Source of the DNA: the human T2T-CHM13v2.0 reference genome, Homo sapiens
Strand: one strand, 5' to 3'
Assembly: GCF_009914755.1 (NCBI RefSeq)
Contig: NC_060928.1
DNA: 64,000 bases
How positions within the stretch are numbered: the stretch's first letter is position 1; the number at the start of each line of letters is the position of its first letter. The position numbers and the translations under genes were made by a program. The notes below the pieces were generated by a model. The model was not told where the DNA came from. It made no database searches and worked only from the letters and a program-made list of their open reading frames with translations. Shown in pieces: positions 1 to 13,000 of the stretch.

Positions 1-927
1 AGGAGCCAACTGATCATCCTCACTCATATGAAAGGACAATATACTCAGAAAATAAATAAAGAAGGACTTGGCAATAGTAACCTCTAACTAAAATAGGTGA
101 GGGCTTTGACTCATGATCAAAACAACAAGCTACTACAGTAGCTTAGTGGCTAGTAAGCTAACAGGAAACCACTGAACCAATGGAATGATACCACAAGAAA
201 GGAGAAAGAATCCATCCTAAAGAATAAAAATAAAGTATTTTTCTCTATGTAATATATTTACAATAAGAAATTTTGTTGCCAGAAAAATATTTATTCTTGA
301 TCCTAAGTTTAAAAATATGCTGTAGCAGAGCATGATTGAGAAAATAGTCTATGTTCCACCTTAATAAAGATTACTTTTGTCTTTTCAACCAGACATACAC
401 ACTTCATCCAAAATGACACAGCACAGAACAGAAGAAATGTGACCTAATGATGATCAATGAGACTTTATCTCCAAGTGACTAAATTTTGAGCAGAATCATG
501 CAGAGAATGATTATCGTTTAAGCTGAGACATTTGATGACAATCTCTGATGACAAAGTTCTTGTATTTTTGAATGCTTATTTATTCAACTTGCCCTTCAAT
601 TTTCTAAATTAGCTCATATTTCCAATGAATCCCTTTAAGTGTTTCACTTCCTGAAACAACAAAATAATTTAATTGAATTTTTATATCCACAAAATCAAAA
701 CACATCTTTGGCATTAGAGCAAATAATCATGGGAAAAGAAAAACAATATGAGATCTTGAAAAACTTGTAACAAGATGAGAAACATGAGGTCAAGTTTTAA
801 AATATGGTAGAAGCTTCAAAAAACAAATTAATAACTGAAGAAGATCTATTTAGTAAAAATGGAAGACTACTGTAAGAAATTCAGCCAGCATTCTGACAAG
901 AACAATAAGCAATAAAAAGTAAATGAT

Positions 928-1339
928 TGTTAAGGACCAAATGTTTCTACCCTTCCAAAATTCATGTGTTGAAGCCCTAAACCTCAGTTGAGGCTACATT
1001 TGGAGATGGGGCCTCTAAGGAAGTACTTAAGATTAAATGAGTTCAAAACATTGGGACTTTGATCTGATAGGTTTGGTGTCATTATAAAAAGAGATACCAA
1101 AAATTCTCTTTCTCTCTCTCTCCTGTCCCTCTCTTTTTCTCATGCACTGACAAAAGGCCGTATGAGAACCTAGCAAGGAGGTAGCCATCTGCAAGCTACT
1201 AAGAGAACCCTCGCCAGAAACTAAATCCAACAAACCTTTATCTTTCATGTCTAGACTCCACAAATGGGAGAAAAAAAAAATTATCTGTTGAAGCCATCCA
1301 ACCTGTTGTATGTCGTTATGGCCACCCATGCTGACTAAT
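928..1339 (+). mobile_element. MLT1A-like MaLR solo LTR
   Basis: 'ccaaaattcatgtgttgaagccctaa...tttggagatggggcctctaaggaagta' at the start and 'gttatggccacccatgctgactaata' at the end match the MLT1A pattern. Confidence 0.8.
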
Positions 1340-1398
1340 AAAATGATGAAAGAAAAAGGGAACAGATCCAGGAAATTCAATCTATAAGAAAAAAGAGA

Positions 1399-1855
<457 letters not shown>

Positions 1856-2064
1856 TTAAAATAAATAGAAATATTTCTATGAACAAAGACCATTTCTACA
1901 GATATCAAAAAAAGTTACCCACAAAGAAATAAAAAAAAAAACTGTATTCATGTGACTATAATAATTAAAAAATTAAGAATGGATTAATTAATGTCTACAG
2001 TGTTTTAAGGAAATATTATTGATACTTCAGAATGCTATATCACAACTCCTAACATTTTCATAGG

Positions 2065-2370
2065 GCAATGTACTAGTTAAGTTGTGCTAAATGTTGTAAC
2101 TAAATACTTCAACATATCGGATAATTAACACAATCAAGATTTATTTCTCATTCAAATCTCAGTTCATCTTAGCTTGATGAGGGCACCTATGATCTGTTCT
2201 ATGCATTCAGGGACTCAAGTTTCTTCTATGCTTAGCCAAAAGAGACATATTATTTCCTTAGATTCCATGGATGAGAACTGGCAACAAGGTCAGACCTCAA
2301 TGGAAGGGGATTCAAAAATGTATTTAGCTGCTCGCCCAGGTAAAAGAAACAAGTTTGACAAACATTTAGG
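2065..2370 (-). mobile_element. Old ERVL-type LTR fragment (LTR33-like)
   Basis: 'gatttatttctcattca', 'cattcagggactcaag' and 'gaaacaagtttgacaaacatttag' resemble LTR33 family motifs. Confidence 0.4.
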
Positions 2371-3027
2371 CAGCACTATCCAAGAGAGCTTCTTATGAAA
2401 ATAAAAATGTTCTATTGTGCTGTCTAATATGGCCTGCACTAGCTATATGAGGCTGTCTTACTCTCTTTAGTGTTGTTATAAAGGAATACCTGGGGCTGAT
2501 TAATTTAGAAAGAAAAGAGGTTTATTTGGCTCACCGTTCTGCAGGCTGTACAAAAAGGATGGTGCCAGCATCTGCTGCTGGTGAGAGACTCAGGCTGTTT
2601 CCATTCACAGTGGAGTGCAAAGAGGAGCTAACATGTGCAGACCACATTGTGAGAGAGGAAGTGAGAGAGAGCAAGCAGGTACCAGGCTCTTTTTAACAAC
2701 CAGCTCTAGGAGGAACTCTCATGGGAACTAGCAGAGTGAGAACCCACTCATTACCATAAGGATGACCCTAAGCCATTCCTGAAGGAAGGACTCACCCCTA
2801 TGACCCAAACATCTCCTACCAGCCCCCACTTCCACAGCTGGAGGTCAAATTTCAACATGAGACTTAGCCGGCCAAAAAAACCATATCCAAACCATAGCAG
2901 AGGCTATTTAGCATTTGAAATGTTGCTAAAGTGACAGAGAAACTGACTATTTAACTTTTCTCAATTTTAACACGTTTAACTTAAAATAGCCACAGGTGAT
3001 TAGCAGATTTCCTATTGGAGAGGACAG
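2371..3027 (+). mobile_element. MER3 hAT MITE split by an MSTB LTR
   Basis: 'cagcactatccaa...aaatgttctattgtgctgtctaatatgg' resumes after 2904 and ends 'tattggagaggacag'. Confidence 0.8.
2454..2899 (-). mobile_element. MSTB-like MaLR solo LTR
   Basis: TG...CA termini; perfect 5-bp TSD GAGGC (2449-2453 and 2900-2904); 'ggctcaccgttctgcaggctgtaca' core. Confidence 0.9.
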
Positions 3028-3108
3028 ACCACCCATCTCTGCCACAAAGTAATAGAATGTGTGTTCAAGGATGTTATTGAGAATTACTAGTAATAATAGG
3101 TACGTGGA

Positions 3109-3423
3109 GGCCAGGCACAGCGGCTCACACCTGTAATCCCAGCACTTTGGGAGGCCAAGGCAGGCAGATCATTTGAGCCCAGGGGTTCAAGACCAGCCTG
3201 GTTATCATGTTGAAACCCCATCTCTATTAAAAGTAATAATAATAACACACAAAAAAAGTAGCCAGTCGTGGTGGCATGCAGCTATAATCCCAGTTACTAG
3301 GGAGGCCAAGGCACAAGAATCACTTGAACCCTGGAGGTAGAGGTTGCAGTGAGCCAAGATTGTGCCACTGCATGCCAGCCTGGGCAACAGAGCAAGACTC
3401 TGTCTCAAAAACAAAACAAAAAA
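3109..3423 (+). mobile_element. Alu (old, J/S grade)
   Basis: Dimeric Alu sequence with (taa)n-expanded linker and A-rich tail. Confidence 0.95.
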
Positions 3424-3650
3424 TAAATATGTGGAGACAAAACCAGTATCTACCAAGTTGGGAATGTGTGATATTACCTCCTCAGCAAATGGTTAAAGTA
3501 TTACCTGTTGAATCTTGGTGCATAGTTCATATGCCTGTGCAGGCTAGAAATTTAGGAGACTTTGGGAAGAATATCAGAATATCAGCTTGAGTTGGCTCCT
3601 CCTAAAACCTCCACAGGGTTCTGCAAATAGTCCCATGCTTTGGTTTGAGG

Positions 3651-3837
3651 CAGTAGTCCTCAAAGTATGGCCTGGAACCAGCAGGACCAGCATCACCTGG
3701 GAACTTATTAGACAATGAAATTTTCCAGCCCCATCCCAGACCTACTGAATCAGAAATTCTAGGGGTGGGGTCAAGCAATCCGTGTCTAATAAGCCCTCCT
3801 GGTAATACTGACACTTGGTAAAGTTTGAGAGCCACTG
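3651..3837. mobile_element. MER5A hAT MITE
   Basis: TIR-like ends cagtagtcctcaaa...tttgagagccactg; core 'cccagacctactgaatcagaaattct'. Confidence 0.85.
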
Positions 3838-3845
3838 ATCTAAGG

Positions 3846-4018
3846 CAATAGTTCTCACTCTAGCTGCTCATTAGAATTACCAAGGGAACTACAAAAAATA
3901 GGGTTGCCATAGTGCCATCCTCAGAGATTTTTATTTAATTGTTATGTGGTAGGGCCAAGTATTTTTAAAGGCTCCCCGGCTGATTCAAATGTATAAACAG
4001 AATTGAGAACCAAAACTG
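3846..4018. mobile_element. MER5-family hAT MITE
   Basis: 'gttctca...cattagaattacc...tttttaaaggctcccc ggctgattc...ttgagaacca'. Confidence 0.65.
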
Positions 4019-4409
4019 AGGACACTCAAACTAAAAGCAGAAAAGGAAACAGAATACAACTCAACTTTAATACAAAAGACTTTTTCTGCCTGTTTCCCGC
4101 AGTGCAAAACTACTGAAAGTCAATCATGGATTTTGGATAATTATAATAGCTCGATTCTCCAAAACATTTTAAATTTCACATTAGCAAAGACAAGGGCAAT
4201 AATAGTCCAAATAGAAGAGAGAGCCTGGGCCCTTTGTGGTGTCAGGAAATTGAGAAAAGTCTGAAGAAAAGTCTGAACCCCCTGGCCCAGCCTGCTACAC
4301 AATCCCCCGACAAAGCCTCTCTAAGATGAATCCTGGGATATTATTCCCTTAGACTCCTCTTTTACCCTAGTACTGCTCACTGCTGTAAGAAGCCAAGGCC
4401 CATTCTGAA

Positions 4410-4645
4410 AGAAGTGTGGTCAGTGTGGTCACATGAACAGACTTAGGAACCAAACTGCCTTGGTAGGACCCTGGTTCTACCTCTTATTAGCTGTGTAACT
4501 TGGAAACATAAGCGAACTTCTTTATGCCTCACTTTTCTCTTCTAAAATAAAAATATATGATTTTACCTACATTATTGGGTTGCTTAAAATGATGGATGAA
4601 TGAATGCATTGCTAAAACACTTAAAACAGTGCCTTACACTTATTA
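4410..4645 (+). mobile_element. MIR SINE
   Basis: Core 'ctacctcttattagctgtgtaacttgg...tgcctcacttttctcttctaaaat'. Confidence 0.75.
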
Positions 4646-4821
4646 TTAAGGTCAGAAATAAGATTAAAATACAGAGTCCATGCTAGCTTGTTGCTAAGAA
4701 ACAAAAATCAGAAAGGCAGGTGAATGTTAAATGACAATGAGTTAGACACTGGTTATTAGCTATAACAATGATAAAAAGTGCATTATGCATTATATGAATA
4801 ATTACATGTGTAGAAGCATAG

Positions 4822-5235
4822 TGCATTAATCCATTCTCAGACTATAAAGAAATACCTGAGACTGGGTAATTTATAAAGAAAAGAGGTTTGACTGGCTCAT
4901 GGTTCCGCAGGCTGTACAGGAAGCATGACAGCTTCTGTGGAGGCCCTAGGAAACTTTCAATCATGGTGGAAGGTGAAGGGGCCACAGGCACATCTCATAA
5001 GGCCTGAGCAGGAGGAAGCAGGTAGGGTGTGCTGGGTTGAGGGGGTCAAGGGCTACACATCTTTAAACAACCAGATCTTGTGAGAACTCTATCACCAGAG
5101 CCCCACTAGAGGGATGGTGCTAAACTATTAGAAACCTCCCCCATTTTCAATCACCTCCCACCAGGCCCCATCACCAACATCAGGGATTAAAATTGAACAT
5201 GAGATATGGGTGGGGACACAGATCCAAACCACAAC
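4822..5235 (-). mobile_element. MSTA-like MaLR solo LTR
   Basis: 'aatacctgagactgggtaatttataaagaaaagagg' through 'gggacacagatccaaacc'. Confidence 0.9.
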
Positions 5236-5319
5236 TGATAGATAGAAAAAACTAGATGATAGATAATGATGGAGAGCTGGATAGACACATGAAGAGATAC
5301 ACAGGTAAAAATATTGCAT

Positions 5320-6230
5320 GTACCATTCTAGAAAGCAGCAATGAACAAAATGGAAAGTGCCTTATAGTGAGATTATATTCTAATGTTTCAGAGAGGTGAC
5401 AAAAAATAAATATACAAATAATAGATGTATCAGGTAATTATATGCATTATGAAGAAAAATAGAAAAATAGAAGTAAAAGGAGGTGACACTTAAGGAGCTA
5501 CTTGAAAACAACAAGGAAAGCTTTGCTTACATCTGGGGACAGAAAGATAAAGGCAGAGGGAACTGCAATACAAAAGCCCTAGGGCATTACAAGTTTGAAG
5601 TGTTCGATGGACAGCAAGCCAATGTGATTAGAATGGACTGAATGAGGTAAAACCCATTAGAAAATCAATAGCCCAGACATATAGAGCCTTGCAGGGTATG
5701 TACAGTCAGGAGTTCAAATTCCATTTTACAATAATGAAAAGACAATTATTTGAGCAAGAAAGTTTGCTTTATCAGGCATATAACTTTAAAATCTACTCTA
5801 GCTGTATGTGATGAATTTATATTACTGGATGAGGAGTAGAGAGGGGAGGCTATTTATGAAGTTTTTGCATATGAAGCTTTTAGACCACACAAGAGATTAC
5901 ACTGGCTTGAACCAAGGTGATGGCAGTGGAAACGGTGACCAGTGGTCAGATTCACAGTGAAATTGGATTTGTGAATATGATTAATGAGAACAATTGGCCT
6001 GAGAAAAAGAGTGAATCATTAAGTCCACATACTAAGAAATGAGGAGACCCAAGGGTTTGGCCTTGTTAAATTTGAACTGCCCACATAAAGATTCCAAGGA
6101 GGAGTTGGGAATGCAAGTCTGATGCTCAGGGGAAATATGGGGGCTAAAGATATTAACCAGATTTCACAAATTTATTTACACTTTTAAGAATACACAAGAT
6201 CAGCTAGGAAGTATGTGCAAATTGAAGAAA
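5320..6230 (-). mobile_element. L2 fragments
   Basis: L2-like segments such as 'ggcagagggaactgcaatacaaaagccct' and 'ggcttgaaccaaggtgatggcagtgga'. Confidence 0.6.
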
Positions 6231-6440
6231 ATATCTAACTGTTTGGCAGTCCCACCAGCTACTTAAGTGATATATTTGCCAGGCAGGCCTATGACTACTT
6301 AATCCCTAAAGCAATTCCAAGATTCCCTAAACTTATATAGATAGGAAAAGTATTTCTAGTGTAGCACTGTCCATGGATGAGAAATCCTCCCAATCTGCTT
6401 TTGAAAAGTGATTATGGAGGACTTTGGGCAAGGGAGGCAC

Positions 6441-6810
6441 TGCATTAGTCTGTTCTCATGATACTAATAAAGACACATCCGAGACTGGGTAATTTATAAA
6501 GGAAAGAGGTTTCATTGACTCACAGTTCCACATGGCTGGGGAGGCCTCACAATCATGGCAGAAGGCGAATGAGGGGCAAAGTCAAGGCTTACACGGCAGC
6601 AGGAAAAAGAGAGCTTGTGCAGGGGAACTCCCACTTATAATACCACCAGATCTCGTGAGACTTACTCACTACCATGAGAACAGTGTGGGGGAAACTGCCC
6701 CCATGATTCAATTATCTCCATCTGGAGATAATAATCCATCCGTCTTTGACATGTGAGGATTATTACAATTCAAGGTGAGAATTGAGTGGGAACACAGCCA
6801 AACCATATCA
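6441..6810 (-). mobile_element. THE1 (B/C-like) solo LTR
   Basis: TG...CA termini; 'gactcacagttccacatggctggggaggcctcacaatcatggcagaagg'; end 'acacagccaaaccatatca'; near-TSD ggcac/ggaac. Confidence 0.92.
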
Positions 6811-7289
6811 GGAACCAACCATTTTCAACTGTGGGAAATATGGCTGCTTCTTTGTGGAAGTCACTCTTCAGCCATGGGGGCAGAAATTACTAACCATTCT
6901 CTACCACAATAAAATCTGCATTCTAGAGCTCTGATTGTTGTACGTTGCTTTCCATTTTTCTTGTTTCCAAAGGGAGTTCTTATTGTGCTTATATTGTCTC
7001 TCAACTTTTATTTTTAAATGGTTTTATTTATCATTTAGCCCATAAATGGCCAGATCACAAAGTGGTACATCCAGACCTCACTCAGAAAACTGAACAGAAC
7101 TCAGAGATTGTAAATTCAGTAACTGAACAAGATTTCAGGTTGTGTTCTGTTGGAAGAGATGAAATGTGTTTCCAGTTACCCAGAAACTAATTGCCTTGTC
7201 TTAGATATGAACACTGTTGCAAACTTATGTATTGTTAAAGGATATAATGTATTTATCAAAGAGTAAACTATAGTGAATATTTTAATTTT

Positions 7290-7845
7290 TGCATATTTAA
7301 GAACTCCTTCCCTTTTCTCTCCCCACTTTTCCTTTTGGGAACTACTCCTTCAATTCAACAGTATTCAATAACCCACCTTCTAGGTTTAAAAGGAAGGCAT
7401 ACGATCCAGGTCTAGACAGTCAATTTGTCAATTCACCTGGCCATGGTGATTGGTCCACCCTTCTTATATGATCGAATGCAATCCAAATAAATCCCTACCC
7501 TGAGATTTTTGTTTAAAGCAAGAGGAGAGGGGTCATTTGGGGTCATGGAGTTTGAAGAATGTGAATTGGTTGCTACTGGAAGCCATTATCTCTCACTCCA
7601 CATTGAAAAAAGCTGTCTGATGTAAGGAAAAATGAAGTCAAGCAGAGGTAATTGCAGATGAGAAGAAGCTGAAGGGAATCCCATTTGTGTCAGGTCCCTA
7701 GTTCTGGAGTCTGACATCTCAAGATCTGTTCTTAATCCTGAAGCTCTTTGACTCTATGATCTTCCAGTTTCACCAATTGATAAATACCCTTGTATAAGCA
7801 GGCTTCATTTGGATTTCTGGAACTGGTAACTTTTAATTAATACAG
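7290..7845 (+). mobile_element. Old MLT1-type LTR (decayed)
   Basis: 'cctggccatggtgattggtcca' and terminal 'ataaataccct...tttggatttctg' motifs. Confidence 0.5.
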
Positions 7846-8109
7846 GTTAATTAATCTTAATTTTATACATTAATCTATACAACTAACCTTAATTCTATAT
7901 CATTAATGCTGAATATATATTTACATTACAATATTTAAGTTATGGGTAAAAAATAGTAAAGGAAATCACGGTGATTACATTCACATTAGAAGTCCTTAGG
8001 AGAGAATGCTGTATGAGACATATGCCCATGAGTCACAGGGATGAAGATACATTTCAGATGCAGGATGTGACCTTGATTTGGGATATAAATGCCCTGATTT
8101 TATACTACA

Positions 8110-8370
8110 CCAGTATTTCCCAACTAGTGACCCCACATTGGTGGCTTGCATGAGGTTAAACGTGCTACCAAAAATTATTTGTTGCTTATATACATGTGAA
8201 CAGTTACAGTTTAAAAAAAGAAACCAGTTTATTTTCTGTAACATTTCTCAAATCTTCTAATTACATTGTAATTCTTTACTGTGGTATAAAGTAACAAGAG
8301 TACCATCTATTCAAAAAAACACCTTATCATCTTTTAACATCTCTGCAGAATACAGTTTGAGAAATAGTGG
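8110..8370. mobile_element. hAT/Charlie-type MITE (~260 bp)
   Basis: Terminal inverted repeats ccagtatttcccaa and ttgagaaatagtgg (12/14 complementary). Confidence 0.6.
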
Positions 8371-9450
8371 ACTAGTCTTATGTTGTAGATAGGGAAAATT
8401 GTCCTTAGGAATCTTAATCTTATCTTATTTGTTCTGATTTAAAAATCTTAGAAAGTAAGAAGAATGGGGCCAGAAGGAAAATACCATTTTTCCCCTGTGC
8501 AAAAATAGTTTCAGATAAGGATGCCAAGCCAATTCAGCCTAGCTGCCCAACATCTAGGTTGTTAAATCAAATCACAGAGAAGCAAAGCCCTAAGCCAAAT
8601 AAACAAATCTCTAGTGATGGAGACATAGTGACTTTGACAGGCAAATCCAAGAGTATTTATGAATAAGAGGAAATTTCTTAGTTCCAAAAATGACTGATAT
8701 GCCTGTAGTCAGCTGTCTCTGAATCCTGATAGGCATCAACCCTCTGATAAATAGTAGTCTAAACAAGCTGTTTTAAGTGTTAAGAATCTTCTGATAGCTA
8801 TATAGTTACGAAATGATAGTGATTTTTTGAGGGAATGATGATATCTTTAGTTTCTATATTAATCCTAAAATATAAAGGAATCATCTTTAGTCTAAAGATA
8901 AACTAAAAAGAGATTAAATCAGTTGCTCTCAACTGTTAAGTTTAGTCCTGGCCTGAAAGCATGAAGATAGACTAACAGCCTTGAAAATCCCTGTGACTCG
9001 TCTTCTTTTAAGGTAAAATGCAGTGATATTTTGCTAACCAATGATATCAAAACTGTTTTACTTTGGCTCTTTCCAATTTTTGAAAGTGATGAGTAGCATT
9101 TAAGAAGAGAAAATAATTGACATATACCATGAGAATTTGTAATTAAAAGAATTAAATTGACTCCAAGATTCCAATTTGAACCATCAATATGAAACCAATG
9201 TTAGTAGCATTGACAGAAATAAACCTAGAAATTGTCTGTCTGTATGTGACTGATGTGTGTAGGAACATAGAAAAACTAAGTGAAGTTGATTTAAGTGATA
9301 TCTCAGGAAAGTTGGATTGTAATTTCCAAGTTCAAATTTGGAAACAAAATCATTTAGAAAATGATTTGATGAAGACAAAGGTAGTAGCAGAAAATAAGAA
9401 AATGATGCCAAATCAGCCTCAAGTTTACAGTGTTTTAAAAGTACTATACG

Positions 9451-9729
9451 GGTCCCGGTGTGGTGGCTTACGCCTGTAGTCCCAACACTTTGGGAGGCTG
9501 TGGCGGGCGGATCACTTGAGGCCAGGAGTTCAACACCAGCCTGGCCAACATGGTGAAACCCCACCTCTACTAAAAAAACAAAAATTAGACAAGTTTGGTG
9601 ATGCGCACATATAATCTCAGCTACTTGGGAGGCTGAGGCACAAGAATCACTTGAACCCGAGAGGCGGAGGTTGCAGTGAGCCAAAATTGCACCACTGCAC
9701 TCCAGCCTGTGTGACAGAGTGACGCTCGG

Positions 9730-9759
<30 letters not shown>
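9451..9759 (+). mobile_element. AluS
   Basis: Full dimer with poly-A; flanks share 'actatac'. Confidence 0.95.
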
Positions 9760-9760
<1 letters not shown>

Positions 9761-10274
9761 CTATACAGGTAAATCACATCACATATGAGTGGAGATATCA
9801 CCCATTGTGGTTCACCATGGCCCAGAAGAAATATACCTCAAAATCACATATTCTAGTAGCTCTCAGTCCATGCAAAATAAGCCATTTGCAGATTACCACA
9901 ATGACTTCCCATATATGACAAGAGGTGCAGTACTCTGAATAGAAGATGAAAGAATCCAATGACTGGAAATGCCTGCTCGCTATGGCAATGTAACCCATGT
10001 TTACCAGGCCACTCTAGTCCAGGATTTTAAATGAAGATGTATTAGCAGTAAATTCTATTTACTCTTATTCTGAAATGCAATTTCTCCAATTCTGAACAGA
10101 ATCTTTTTCAGTTATATTGGCAAGGCTCCAACAGCTGTCTTGTATGTGCTCATAAACAATTCTATTCAGTACACATGACATCACCATTTTCCTGCTATTT
10201 GTTTGGTCAGCCTCCAGATATGAGTAGGGTCACTACCTCCATCTCTGCTGAAAGGCAGGAAGGCATTTCACCTC

Positions 10275-10700
10275 TATCTTAGGTCATGCTCCCCAGAAAC
10301 AGAGCCTGAGTGGTATTTTGGAAGAGTCCATTTATGAAAAAATGGGATGAGACAGGCAGATAGAGCAGATAGAGCAAGGAAAAAATGCTAAACAAGGATG
10401 TGTCTCAGCAGGAGACTAGCTATACTCTGATCTCACTGTGAAATTTCAAAGTTTAAATTGCATCAGAGAGGTATACCCACATTAACAGAAGGAGCTGCGT
10501 TTTTGAACACTCATGTCCCACAGTCACTTGCCAAGGTCTGCTTGCAAGAGATGATGGAGGGGGGCTTCTGTGTGACCAATAATAATCTTTGGAAGAAGGG
10601 GAGAGCTAAGGGCTCGTATTAACCAACATTCATAGCCACAGGAAGATAGGTATATGTACTAGCAAAGGGATCTGTGTGATGCATCAACAACGTGGATTCC
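10275..10700 (-). mobile_element. LTR16A-like ERVL LTR
   Basis: 'tcttaggtcatgctccccagaaacagagcctgag' and 'gctaaacaaggatgtgtctcagc' match the LTR16A pattern. Confidence 0.7.
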
Positions 10701-13000
10701 TTGCATCACTCAGATCCACTTGTCACATTAAATGTATCCCATCCAGACATAGCATCTCTAGGATTCTGGCTGGTCTCATTTTCTGGGAAAATTTACAAGA
10801 CAAGGGCTAGTAGGATGAACTTCATCCCCTGCTGCTGTGGCTGATCCTAAAGCCATAACTATAACTCATCATGTCCCTCTTCAACCTAGATTCTTCTGCT
10901 AATTGTCTAGCATTTCTGCTTGTCAAAATCTCTGGCTTACCTTGTAGGATAAGCAAGACTACCATCCCTGAGAACCCTGAGCTCCTATTTAACATATATT
11001 TTTTCAGATCATCATTATGGCACTTGCCATTTTCAGTTACAAATATAGAGATGTCCCATACTTCCTCATGGTGATCAAAATCAATTACCCCTGACAGTAT
11101 GTTAACTCATTTCTTTTCCTGTTTTTTTATGATCTACAGGCTGAAGATATACAAAGAGGTCAAGTAGCATCTTTAGATTTGTTTGGTGTGAATCTGTGTC
11201 CTCTAATAGAAGTGAACTATTCTACAAATCAGAATCTGAGGATCTATGAGCCTAAATTTGCAGGAAGGGGAATTCCAAATTCCTAAGTGGATCCTCAGCA
11301 GAAAAGGTGAACCACTCTTACTTTCTATATATTCAAACTATTAGATACACAGTTTAATATACTAGCCATTAGTTTAAGATAAATATTATGTCCTAGACGA
11401 CGGCACTCCATTCCCTCAGGGATTCATCTCCAAACTGATTCAATTAGGCCAGCAGCTTTTGGATGGTATTGTAGGTGGATTTTATGGTCAGAGTGTATTG
11501 ATATAACTTATTTTCCAAAATGTTAATAGAAAAAAAGTTTCTTCATCCAAGAAAGTGTTCTACAAAATCCTACATTGTTGGATCAGACACTGTAGCCCTT
11601 AAATAATGTGGAGAGATGAGGCACTGCAGGCAAAGAAAGGTAAATACATGCTTGGATCCTATGTCAATCACAGGCACAATTATTTCCCTTTCCATAGTGT
11701 AATGGGTCTGATATAAACTACATGACACCAAGTCAATGATTGGTCTCCTCAAGAAACATTGACATGTGGGGACCTCAGTTTTATGTTTTGTTGTGGGCAG
11801 ATTAAATATTCAGCCTTGATGAAAGGGAGCCTATGCTGCCAGACGCATGCATAGTCTCTTTCTCTGCAACCACAGTGCACAAGAACTGGGATAGCCAAAG
11901 ACAGAAGCTGGCTGGCATCTATTAGCTGAGACATCTTGTGCATTTGGTTGTTTAATGCCTCATTTGCAGTGGATGCTTTCTGTGAATCAAAGATTCTCAA
12001 ACTTTGTGTCTACTCCTATGTATCCATCCACATGCCTTTTCTTCAGACATTCTTGTCCTTAATCTGTCTTGCTCCTTCCAAGCTACTGACTGCAAGCTAC
12101 ACAAGTTGACACTGGCCCTGTGTCTGTATATACTCTTGCCTCAAGCCACTTCTTCACAATCACTGGATAAGGTATTACCCTTCAAGACTCAGTACATACC
12201 TTTAATCATGGGCAGTTTTAAAGTGGTATGTCCCCAGTATTTAGAATACATGGGTCTGGAAACCAACAGCTAGAAATCGAAGTGACTCAATTGAGGAATT
12301 TGCTTCCAGAAAGGAAAGAAATGAGTACCCATACTAGCAGGACCCTGATCATGGATTACTGCTCATCTTCTGTTGCATATTGAGAGCAAGGAGAGGACAA
12401 TTCTACAGCTAAGGGGTCATATATGAGTTAGAATCAGAGAACATTTACAGCAACTGAGGCATGAGTATAATACCAGTCAACAGGATCTGAGAGAGGCACC
12501 AACAGCATCTACCCTAATTATTGCCTCTAGCATCTAGATATAAGTAAACTGATTTCTACTGGTTTACCCACTTCTTCCTGGTACAAACTCTTCTACTAGG
12601 CAATATAACCACTTTCAATGCACACTGCCACCATGCCTCTTCTAGGCAATAATAATGCTGCCTCTGATGTGTCAACGCTTCCACAGGGCACTGACTCATT
12701 TGTGACCAAGTCCACTTCTTCCACTGGATATTGTACTATCACCTCACCCAAGCACAGCTGCTTCCTCACTGTAGACTATCACCTTTTGAGAAACAACTGG
12801 CCCTTCTAACATGTACTGCTGCTGCCACCTGTCAATACAGTTGTTTCATGGGAGACATTGCGAAGTCAAAGCTCTCTTATGGTCTTTGGCTACATCAGAA
12901 AAAATGTCTCTTCCTTCTTTGCATCACGTTCTCTTAAAGAAGAATTTAAACAACATTGCCATGATGCTAACATCTTGAAGTGTTTACTCAAAGCTCTCTT
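10700..13000 (-). mobile_element. ERVL-class internal sequence (HERV16/ERV3-16A3-like), decayed pol integrase and downstream region
   Basis: ORF 11749-12000(-) 'QKASTANEALNNQMHKMSQLIDASQLLSLAIPVLV...YACVWQHRLPFIKA' resembles the HERV-L RNaseH-integrase junction; directly adjoins the LTR16A-like LTR. Confidence 0.75.

Noticed and set aside
435-533. C/D-box snoRNA-like arrangement (ATGATGA at 447-453, CTGA at 523-526, aaatgt/acattt flanks)
   Set aside because: The terminal stem is offset from the C box, I recognise no guide sequence, and such motifs are frequent by chance in AT-rich DNA
9184-9801. Longest ORF (205 aa, - strand)
   Set aside because: It is mostly antisense Alu translation ([13 protein letters not shown]...); the same applies to ORFs at 1490, 3205, 14862, 45784 and 58011
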